The translations under genes were made by a program, and so were the position numbers. Positions 45,801-57,800 of a stretch of DNA of 64,000 nt are shown here, in pieces. Position 1 is the first letter of the stretch. The number at the start of each line of letters is the position of its first letter. The notes beneath the pieces were generated by a model, which did not search any database, was not told the DNA's origin, and saw nothing but the letters and a program-made list of their open reading frames with translations. Source of the stretch: Clostridia bacterium. GTDB taxonomy: Bacteria; Bacillota; Clostridia; Christensenellales; DTU072. Where the stretch lies: NCBI GenBank assembly GCA_017476265.1, contig JAFVAC010000036.1:2345-66344 (forward strand). Direction: 5' to 3'.

Positions 45801-48800
45801 ACAGTGCTTGTCGATCCCTACACCTACGCTATGCGTCTGCGCGACGATCCGTCCTACGACCCGGTCAAGGACGGTTTGCGCCGGACCCAAGCCGAATTGC
45901 TGTTCGAAAACGTATACGGGCAAGAGGAAGTGCCGGTGGACGACTCCATCGTTGTGCGTGACCTCACATACGACGTATTGGGCTACAATCGCTTCGTTCT
46001 TTCCGACCTCGACGTAGCGTGGGACTATGATCCGGAGAGGATCTCCTGGCAGGGCAGCAGCGGTTACGCTTACGCCCGTTTCGGGTCCGACCAAGGAGAG
46101 GCGCTGGATATCGCCGTCCGCATGATCGTCGCGGCGCAGACCGTGGACCACATATCCATCGACGACGAGGACAACGACGTCTACACCATCGACTTCTTGC
46201 AGCGCGCCACCTACAACATCCCCACGCAGACCAACGCGTTGCATACGGTCCGGATCTTCTTCAAAGGTCAGGACTCCGTCTATATGAAGTACCGCTACGT
46301 GTCTTTAAGCCGTCCCGACGGCTTGACCGACGACGAGTACCACGACAACTATCTTGCCGTCACCCTCAACTGGGACGGCATCGCGCGGGAAGTCGCCGAA
46401 AATCCCTACGTCATCACCGCCTCCAGGAACGATCAGCAGTCGGTCTCCGCCACCTTCGGATCGGCGCTCAAAGTGGGGACGCAGACCGTGCGTCTTACGG
46501 TGGAGATCCCCGAGCGCACGCAGGACAACTCCGCCGCCGAAGCACACTATGTGGCGACGTCTTGCGTCGAGAACGAGTACGGCGATTATGAATTTGTGAA
46601 AAACAACGTCTCTCCGAGCAAGGCGTATTTCCCCAAGACCGACGGGATCGAGTACGGTTTTTACGAATATCTCAGGATCAACCCGTACGACTCGGCGTTC
46701 AGGATCCCCAACAGCGTGTACTTGGAAGTCCCCAAGGTCTCCGGCTACAAGGCCGCCACCGTGGTCAAGAAGTACGACGTCCGCTGGGTGACCACCGACC
46801 CGAACGGCAACGAACTCAACCTCATCGAAGAGAAAGTGGGCGGCGGATTCGGACTCAAGCACCCCGTCACCGACGAGATGGATCTGGTCGTCTACGGTAT
46901 GATCGGCGACCGCGGCAACGAACCCAACAACAACCGCAATTTAGGCTACGTCTGGGTGGTCATGATCATCCGCAACGAGAAGTCGCAATTACAGTCCATT
47001 CGATACAGCGGTCTGGAGGAGGGCGAAGATACCATTTTCGGGATCGATCCCTATGAGGACTATTTCCTGCCGTACAGCTTCGTCGCGGTATTGGAGAGCG
47101 GTCGCACCATCGAGCGCTACGGCGTCGAGTGGGAAGTCCGCGTAGGAGAAGAGGGCAGCTACGCCTGGTATCCGGCGACGTATACGCCCGGATCGGGTGC
47201 GCCCGAGCAGTATTACAAGGACGGCAAGTTCGTCTTCGATCGCAAAGGCGGCTATACCGCCATCCGCTACGTCATCGAGGGGGACAGCGAGTCGATCAGA
47301 CAGACCCTCTCGCTCAACGTGGAAGTCTTAAAGCGCACCCTTGCGTCCGACCGCGTGGACATCTACGCCGTCGAGGGCGACCAGCCAAAACAAGGCTATG
47401 CCGGCATCGACGTGTACGAAGAGGGCTCGCAAAAGATATACGACCGCTTCGTGGAGATACGGGACGGAGACGACGTCGCCGGCGTCACCTTCGTCGAGAC
47501 GGGCAGCTACGGTGTGTATGTGCCCAAGTACTTGTCGGTAGACTGGACGAGAGCCCTTCCCGTAGACGGCGACTATTCGCACAGTCTGGACTATCTGATG
47601 GTGCTTTTGACTTCGGCGGATGCCGTACAAGAACTGTTACAGGTCTCCATCGACGGGTCTATGACTCTTACGGGTACCATCTATACCGGCACGATCAACG
47701 AGCAGACGCTGTCTGTCAAGTTCTCTTTCGAGGACAGAAAGATCGCGGATATTCTTCTGACGAGGATGGCATACGCGCAGGAGAAAGACGCCGTGCGTAT
47801 CGGGACGATCACTCCGGAGACGGTCGCACTTGATCCGTATGCCGACGACGAGGAGAGGAGCGCCAATCGTCGCGTCAGTCTCCTGTCCTTAGGCGACCCG
47901 CACGTCCTCAATATCCGTCTGGACAAGCCTTTCGCACTCACCGCGCCCGACGCGCAGGATCAGGAGCGATACGCTTCTCCGTCGGCTTACTTCGACTACA
48001 TCCTCGGCTTGGTACAGATCAGCTTCACCGGGAGCGCGGCGGAAAAAATCGTGACCCCCACGCTGTCCTATCCGAAGGACAAAGACGCTTTCGACGCGGA
48101 GGTTCTTTCTCCCGCATCCACTTACGGCACGTTCAACTTTACGATCGAAAAGTTGTCGGCGGGCTCGGCGATCGACAGGATCACGGTCAACGTGTACGTC
48201 CTCAAAGACGAGCGTCTGGGCGACTCCGATTCCATCACGCCGGAATTGTACGACGAGACGGGCAAGCAGCTCTACTCCGAGAGCAAGCCCTACTATCTGC
48301 CCGAGTACATCAACGTCGAGTACAAAAACAGCGGCGTCGTCCGCTACGACGTGCCCGCGTGGAAAGCGGAAGGCGTCGGCATGGAAGAACTCTTCGGCGG
48401 AGAGTATACGCCCATCATCGAAGCGAAACTCCTGAACGTCATCCGCTCTTTTGCCGACAGCGACAAGCAGGCGAACCTCTACAACTTCGCCTACGATCTG
48501 CCCTGCGTGGACGCGACCTATCGCATCACCGTCTACGTCCCGAAAAAGGACGTCAAAAAGACGAATTACCGCGCCGTCGGCGAGACCTCGCTGTACGATA
48601 TCAAAGACGGCGTGTTGACGATCGACAATCCCTATCTGTACTACGACCCCGACGTGGAGTACGTGGACGGCAAAAAGTACGGCTTCGACGTGTCGAAGGT
48701 CCCGTCCACCATCGTCCCCAACGTAGACGGGTTCGACTTCTGGGCGACCGAAGTGACTTCGTACGACGTCGCTTGGCAGTTTATCGAAGGGGTCTTCACC

Positions 48801-51800
48801 TCCGACCTGTTTGCGACGGGCACCGCAGATAATCTCCTGTTGGCGAAGGCGATCCTGCCGGCATATTACGACTACAACAACGGCGAATACGTCGCGCAGA
48901 ATCAGGAGATCAACCTCTATCTCAAGGTCAATGCGCTCAGCTTCGACGGGATCTCCGCCGACAGAGTCAACGTGGTCGAACAAGAGGGGACGGGCGTCAG
49001 GAACGTGATCGAGATCGACCCGTATAACGATATAAACGGCTATGCCGGCAGATTCAATATGCCGGTCAACGGGCTCACCGTCCGCTTCGGCGCGGAGAGC
49101 TACGTCTTCAACGACGTGATGTTCTATCTCCGCAGCAAGACCGGTTCGGAGTACCCCACTCGCATTATGACGGTGGAGTACAACGAGCGCGGACACCTCT
49201 TCGATCGAGCGGACTATCCCGACCTCAGAGAGGACGGCGTATTGGAGTTCAATATGTACCTGCCCGGGTTCGGCTTGTCCTATGACGAAGAGGGAGAAGC
49301 GGTGCGCGACGACGCGAAAGCCTTGCGGATCTATCTCAACGTCCTGAGCAAGGTCATAGACACCGCCTTTGTCCCCAACGTCGTGTACGACTCGCTCGGC
49401 ATAGCGAGACGGACGACCTATGTGGATGAGACGGGCGCGGAAAAAGACGTCGCCGAGACGAAGTACCTCCCGGCATTGTACTACATCGACCCGTACAACG
49501 CGGCGACCTTTGCGCTGCCGACCGAAATGCGCGTTCTGTTCGTCGGATACGACGTCACGGAGGATATCACCATCAGCGGCTGGCAGATCCGCGACGAAGA
49601 GACCGGCGTTTGGTCGGACTTCGGGACCGACGCGACGTCCGATTTCTACGCTCGCACCGCCACGGGGGACAGCTCCGTCCGCTACGGCTACTACAATCCC
49701 GGCGCATACGGCTACCAAGGCAAGGTGTACGACAATATCCGCGGCTACATCTCCATGGGCAGGAGCATCTCTAACGAGATCACCAAGCAGTTCTTTGCCG
49801 TGACCATCATCGTCCTCAATCGCTCCTTGAAGGCGACCTACACCACCTCCTATCGGTATGAAGACCCGTTTGGCGGGCTCCTGTCCTACATCGGCGGCGA
49901 GACGAACGAAGATATGTTCGTCTCCTACGAAAAGTATTACGAAGAGTACTTCGTGGAAAAGGGGCTGGACGAAGAGTACAAGTACTCCGCCTTCGGCACG
50001 CCCGTCGTACCGAGCATCAACTGGGCGGTCTACAATGAGGAGTCCGTCATCGAGCCCTTGGGCGGCTTCGACAAGGAGATCGGCGGCAACGTGTACTTCG
50101 GCGCGACCCACAGAGACAATTCTTACGTCGGGATCAAGGCGGCGCAGGACGAAAGGTTCGAGCAACTCGCCCGCGCGTTGACGTTTGACGCGTACTTCAC
50201 CGAAGGCGGCTATCCCCTTGCGTATTACTCGGCGAACACGACGAACAATCTGAACGCGCTCTCCGCCGCGTTAAAGAACGACGTGATCTACCGCACTTAC
50301 GAATTGTTGATCGAAAAACTGGCTTCTTCCGACGAAGAGACCGAAAAGCAGTACGGCAACTATCTCACGAACGGACTCGTCAACGAGATCGTCGCCGAGC
50401 ACAACTACAGTCGTGAGTCGCAGATGACGCGTATTGTCGTCACGATGTACAACTTGTTGAAAGAGGAGTACGAGGCGCAGTCTTCCGAGCGCTCGGCTAT
50501 CTATAAGTTGTGGCAGGAGGTGTACGAAGAGTTCGTCACCGCCGGGTCCGCGACCGATCCGAATCTGTCCGAGTATCAACGCTTGAAGGCGCACTATTAC
50601 GCCCTCGCCAACGACGACAGCGCGCCGACCTTCACCGAACAGGAGAAGATCTCCACCAACGCGCCCTTGCGCGCGGCGATAGACAGCCGCCTCCGCTGGT
50701 ATGAGAAGGCGACTATCTACGACGAAGTCTATGACCACGCCACCGCCGCCGAGCGCGCCGTTATGGACAGGATCCTCCTTGTCGCCGCCGACACCGACAG
50801 CGTCTTCGAGGGCGTCCCGCTCGTCACGATCTATCGCGCCGTCGCGTTGGATATGTACTTGCAGAGTTCGATCGCCTCGCTCGGCAGCGTGGGCGAAGGC
50901 ACCGTCGCGCGCGTCACCGCGCCCGCGATCACGTTGGGCGACGTGTACGATCTGACCGCTCGGGACGAGCACGGAGAGTATCCGATCCTGACGGAGTTCT
51001 TATTCAACTTGTTCAGCGAAGAGCCCTACCTGACCGAAGTGGGCGTCTCCTTCGTCGCCAACTACGCCAACGTGTACGCCAAGTATATCGAAGAGGGCAT
51101 TCGCCTTGCCGTGGAGCAGTACCGCGCCCGTCCGGAAGCCAAGCAGTACAGCCTGACGGAATACGTCAAGGAGAGAGTCAGACAGTACGTCAACGACATC
51201 GTGCCGCTTGTGGACGATCCGGACAAGACCGGCGGCGAGCAAAAGCCCTTGATCGACTTCACATACGAGACCTACGGCGACAACGTCAATCGGTACCCCG
51301 ATTATTGGCGTGCCTTGTACGCCTATCACGAGCAAGAGTCGCAGACCTATCTGGCGGGATACGAGCGGTATACGACCTATCAGGAGCGCTGGGAGATGGC
51401 GATCCGCGCCCACGTTTTGCGTGACGAACAGTACATCGTGGACGAGATGGAAGAGATCTATGCGCGGGCTCTCGCCAACGACGAGATCCCCGGCGGAGAT
51501 CCAAAGTATCAGACGGCGTGGGAAGGGTACGTCAAATTGACCCACGACTACTATCTTGTCGAGATGGATCCGCCGCTTGAAAGGGCGATCATGGAAGCCA
51601 ACGCGGCTGTCGCCGACAACGTCTTCGCCTTCGGCAACTGGCTTGCGCCTTTGACGAGTGCCGGCGGCGGAAACTACGGGACCTATTCGACCATCTTCTC
51701 GCGGATGTACGGCGATCTCCTCGTGGAGGCGTATGACGTCCTTTACGCCAGCCTCGCCTTCGACACTTCGTTGCAGGCGCGTCTCAACGCCGAGTATCTC

Positions 51801-54800
51801 GCCAACTCTATGGACAAGGGCGTGACGATGCACAGCGTCATGTCCAACAACACCCTCGACAGCACCATCGTCAGCCGCGCCAATTATATTTTCTTGTGGA
51901 AGTTGGGCAGTGCGGACGCTTGGGACGTCCTGTACGAGAATGCCGAATCGGTCGGATACAGCCGGGTCGCCCTCGACTATATGATCGAAGTCGCTTCCAC
52001 CGAGAAGGGCTATTTGCGTGAGACGAACTATAACGTGGGGACCGGGAGCGGGGCTGCGTTCAGCGAGGACGAATTCGCCTCGTACGGTAAGACCGTCTTG
52101 CTCGAGAGGATCATCTCCGCCACGACCAACGTAGACAACAAGGCGAAGATAACGGCTTGGAGAGACGCCGCCGTCAATCCCGCCAAGAGCGCGGCATTCG
52201 AGTCCTTCCACCACGTCATTCTGGACGAGGACCACAGGGATACCGACGCGGAGACGTTATATGCGATCCGCGACGTGCAAGGCAACGTGTACACCAACGC
52301 CTTCCGGTACTTCGTCGCGGGCAGGGAAGCGCTCGGCGACAGTTTGAACGCGTCCATAGACGATCTGCGCGAAGAGTACTACGACCGCGTCGTCTTTGAC
52401 AGCTCCTCGCTCGCGGTGGAGAGACTGCTGTCCGACAGTCTGTTCGCCTACAAGCAGTATCTGACGCAGACGGCGGAGCAGACCGCCGACTACAAGGCGC
52501 GGGCGATCGCCTACTATGAAGAGAAGTATGCGACCCATCACGAAAAAGCCGTGATCGAGGTCGAAAAGGTCAAGCACTCGACCGACGCCGAGACGTACGA
52601 CGCTCTGCTTGCCCGTGCGGACGTGACCGACGCGCTCAAAAACGGATTGCGTAACGGCTATGCGACCGTCGTCCTCAACGAGACCTTCGATCGCATCAAG
52701 GTCGATATCGAAGAGGAGATCAGGGGCAAGATCGAAAACAACGAGGAGTCGAGCGACGCCACCTTTACGAACATCAGCGACAAGAACGTGACGACTTTCA
52801 TCAACGTCTCCGCCAGCGACTACACGCTGGACAACGCGCAGCCGGGTATGATCCGCGAGGTCAGCATATACGACTACGTCCGGACCGTATTCACGCAGAA
52901 GACGGAGTCGTACAATACCTTCGTCGCGGACAAACGCACCGCCGCGCGCGACGACGCGACTGCTGTCGCCTACGAGTCGCTCTATGGATCGGACCAAGCG
53001 TTGTTCGACGAAGTACTGGATCGCTACTACGTAGCTCTTGCCGCTGATCCCGTCACAGCGGGCGACTCGATCAAGAATTACCTCGCCTTTAACGCGATCA
53101 TCGACTTGTTGGCGCAGGAAGAGCTGGCGCACTATAACGACGCCGTGGCGGAGGTGACCGCCCTTGCCGTCGCGTCGGAATTGTACGACGATCTCGGACG
53201 GTTCGACAAGATCCACGCCCTTGCCGAAGCGGAGGCGCTCCTTGACGCCTATCGCGCGGTGGCGGACGGATTCGTCGGGGAGGAGAGAGACGTGCTCAAT
53301 AGGGTCGTGTCTCTCGACGCGCTGTTTACGGACAAGACGACCGCCCAAGCCCTCTTAGCGGTGGCGGAGCAATACGAACTCTTGCTCGACCGCGAGGTCG
53401 CGGAAGAAGTCAAGCCGCTCGTGGAAAGGTTCCTGTCCGGCATAAAGACCGTCTCGGACGCGTTCTTGTCCAACACGTCCACCGCTTTTGACGCGGCGCT
53501 CAGCGTCGCCATAGCGGCGTCCTATGACGAGAGGATCAAAGAATCGGGCGGCACGGTCAACGAAAAGGCGTCCGCGACAAACGGCGCCGTGGCGATCGCC
53601 GTCGTCCTGTACGAGACGGAAAGCGCAAGCGAAAAGATCGCCCGCGACTATCTCTCCAACGACAACCTCTCCGGCGACTTCTCCGTCACGGGAGACGAGT
53701 ACCGTCACGCCTATGTGGAAGGGCTCAAGAAGGTCCTCTCCGACAATAAGTATCTATCGGCGACGGCATACGTCGAAAAGACAGAAGAAGGATACGAGGA
53801 CAGCATCGTCGCCGACGTCGACGGCAAAGAAAAGATCTATGCGACGGTCATAGCCAAGTTGCTTTTGACCGGAGACGGTCCCACGGTCAGAAAGACCTTC
53901 GCCGAAGAAGTCAGAGCGTATGAGTCCGCGGTAGAGGACTCGTTGACGACGATCGCTCAAGGCAAGTTGTACGCCGATTTGGGCGCCTATCGTATGCTTA
54001 CGGGAGACGGAACCGAACTCTTCGAGCAATTTAAGACCGTCTATAACGGGTTGACCGCGGGGGATAAGTCCGCGATCGACAGGTGCTTCGATTCCGATCT
54101 GTTTACGACGACCTACGCCTCTGCGGACGCAGCCTACGCCGCCTTCCTGGACGCGTACGACGGGCTGTTGCAGAGCGGCGGCACCGGTTCGCAAGAGCAG
54201 ACGAACCGCGTGTTGAATCTCTTCGAGTCCGCCGCTGCCGCTTACCGTTCGACGGTCTCCGATACGGCGGTCGCCACAGCCATTACCGACGGCGTCGTTA
54301 CGTCCGTCTCGGACGCCTACAGGCTCGCCGACAGCTATGACGCTCGCGGCGTGGTCGTGCGCGGGATGATCGGCGTGGCGAAAGTGCTGGCGCACACGGT
54401 GACGATGCGCAGCGGCATTCCGTCGTCCTACTTCACGACGGACAATCTCGCCGGAGACTATACCGTCACGGGCGCCTCCTACAACGCTTCGTACGTGTCC
54501 AATCTGATCGGGGCGATCCGTTCGTTCGGATATACGAGCGCGGTCACGGTCTCGAACGGTTATCTGGACGGATACAAAGAGGGGATCTACTCCGACGAGG
54601 AGAGTCTAGTCGTCCTGAACACATACGTCAGGAACAAACTTCTCCAGACCTATTCCGCCTCGATGACCGAAAAGTTCATGACGCAATTCGGCGCGGGACG
54701 GACCGACCTTATGACGTTGTTGAACGAGGGCTACGCGATGATCGACACCGACGCCTTCGTCACCGCCAAGACCTCTTCGATCGAGGCGCGCCTGAACGAG

Positions 54801-57800
54801 TACCGTCAAAAGGCGGAAGGGAGCAGGACAGACGCCGCTTACGAGAGCGTATTTTCGGCGATGCAGTCCGACGAGGACGCCGTCGTCAAGCCCTTCCGGA
54901 CCGACGTCTACGCGACGGTGGACGACTATGCGCTCGGCTCCGACTTCTACGCGTCCCGCGTGGGAAAATACGGCATTGTCATCGACGCGATCGGGCTTAC
55001 GCAGTCTTCGGACAATTACTATAACAATGCAAAACTGCACATCCTCAATGGCTACAAGATGGACGACTTCGATCTTGTCCGCGACGGCTGGAGGATCCGT
55101 TTTGCCTCCGTCACGCCCACGGACGTCGACTTCTACGGCGGCGCATACATTATGACGGATTCGGACGGCAATTACGTACTGAAGGATGCCGAAGACGCCG
55201 CAGGATTTGCCAATACGCTGGTGATCGACCCGCTCGCGCCCATATTGCCCGACAAAGTGCAAGCGTACGGCAAGTACAACCTGCCGGAGGGCGGAGTGAG
55301 ACTGTACGATCTCGGCACGCCCGCCGTCGAATACGGCGACCTCTTCTACGAAAACGTCTATGACGGGCAGGAGCAAAACGACACCGACTACGTCATCAAT
55401 CTGATCGACTCCCGCGGCAGAAGGTACCCGGTGACCGTCGCCGTGACGTATCTGGACGCGAGCGTAGAGCGGATCAGCGTCACCGACTCGAAGAACTACG
55501 GCGGATCGGAGGACGAATACAACACCGGCTACTACACTCTCTACGACGAGGAGACGGGCATCAACCGCATCCTCATCGACCCGATCAACGAGGACATCAT
55601 CGACGTCGAAAACAAGAAGTACGTCTTGCCGACCGAGATTTTGGTCACCTACGCCAATCTGACCAACGAGGACGGGAGCAAGAAGCAAGCCGCCCTCAAC
55701 AACGTGACCTGGGACGACTCCGCGGTCAAGTACAGTCTGACGGGACAGACGGACGTGCAGATCCGCCCGCTCGGCTATACGGTCAGAATGGACGGCGTAG
55801 AGTACACGGTTCGCTTCGATTACAGCGGGACGGGTTCGATCGCCGTCAGCGCCAACGGGACCGCCGTCGTCATGCGCAACGCGCCGGGGTACGAAGTCTT
55901 CAACATCGTCCTCAGCGTGACGGACAGAACGGTGACTCGCCTGTCGGTCCGGGGAGAAGAACGCGAGACGACCACCTTCGGGACCTATGACGAAGAGGGC
56001 GCTTATATCGACGTCTCCGCAGACGTGCATACGCTCAATCCCTTCGATATCACCTATCCCGACAAACTGGTCCTGGACTTCAACGGCGGGGACCAAAAGG
56101 ACTACGCCATCACCGACTGGGCGCTCGAGTACGGCGCGACCGGTTCGTTCAAGATGGCGGATATCATTCAGAACAACGCCCTCGACTATCACGCCGTGGC
56201 GCAGTTCAGCTATCTCGGGTACACCATTCGCGTCCGCTATGTGGTGGAGGACATCCACATAGAGGGCATAGAGCAAGACGCCTCGGGCGAGAGGATCTAT
56301 ATCGACGGTGGGACCATCTACCTCGTCGCCGGCGGCGGCAGCGCAGGGGATCAGCTCGCCAAGAACTATCCCTATTTGTACTACAACTTCGGGACCGGGG
56401 CGCGCGCGGACTTCCGCAAAGTCGCTTTGAGTTTTGCCGATATGTGGCTCAACGACGTCAGCACCGAGTCTCCGGGCACCTACGAATCGGTGCTGGGCGT
56501 ACTCGGCTGGGACAAGGTGGCATATCCGAGTCTGGGGCTAACGAACAACATCACCTTCCGGGTGGAGGTCATCAATCCTCTTATGGTGGCGCTCTTGGAC
56601 GACGAATATAATCGCTACGTCCGTATGGACTACACGAGCGTCCCGTATGACAACAACTTCCAGCGGGCGAACTACAGCGAAGAGCCGGCAGGGACGATCC
56701 CCGACGCCATTGTCAGTCTGACCGATAGCGGCAGGACGGAGTTCGTCCTCGACAAGGACGCGACCTCCTACGATATTTTGGGTAAGAAAGCGACCTTCCG
56801 GTGCCTGTTCGATCTCAACGGCAGCAACTTCCGCGTGGCGGCGGACGAAAACGGAAATCGCACGAAAGCGTTCTTTGTGACGATGCCTTTGGACGCGTAC
56901 CTGCATACCGCGGTGACCGACGCCGTCTTCGATCCGACTCCGGTCAAGGACGGCTACGGCGAGGACGTCTGGACCTGGGCGGGCAACGAGGACGGAGACG
57001 CCATCTTATGGAAGTTGGGCAAGGAGCTCAGGTCGAGCGATCTGCCTCGTCTGACCTACGTCTACGAAGGCGACGTGTACGAGATCAAGCCCTTGTGGGA
57101 TCTGACGGGACTGAACGTCAACCGCGCGACCGAGGACGGCTACACGATCTACGCCTTCTATTACGACAGGAACGGCGCTTGGAGAGAGTTGCCTCTGACC
57201 GTCTATATCGACAAGGTGGACATCACCGAAAAGATCCTCGCGGCTGTCGGCGGCAATATGGCTTTGGAATACAGCTATGACGCCCACTACTACCGTCTGC
57301 CGCTGGACCTCAACGCCGATGTGATGACGGTCCTCCGTGAAGACGGCTCCTATATGGCGCTGGACGGCTCTGCGGTGGATATCCGCTACAAATTGTCGTC
57401 CGCTCCCGAAAGAGACTACTCCAGGACCAACTACCCCATCGACGTCGGAGAATATACGATCAAAGTCAACGTCTTCGACTACAACGCTATGCTCGTAGAC
57501 GAGATGCTCTTCCGTCTGACGATCACGCCGATCAGGATCCCGATCGCGGCGATCGAGTTTGAAAACAGACTCAACAACGTCGTCCAGTATACCTATGACG
57601 GCACCGCTAAGCCGCTCACCGTCGAGTCCGGTCTGCCCTACGTCACCGCGGACAACTGGTTCTCTTCGCAAGAGGAAAAGAACAGGCTTGTGGAAGTGCA
57701 GCGTCAAGCGAATCCGGGCATCTCCACCGTCACCGCCAAGTCGTACGCGTATCTGGAGTTGTTCGGTCGCGTGCCGGGCGGAGCCAAGAGCCGCTTGACC

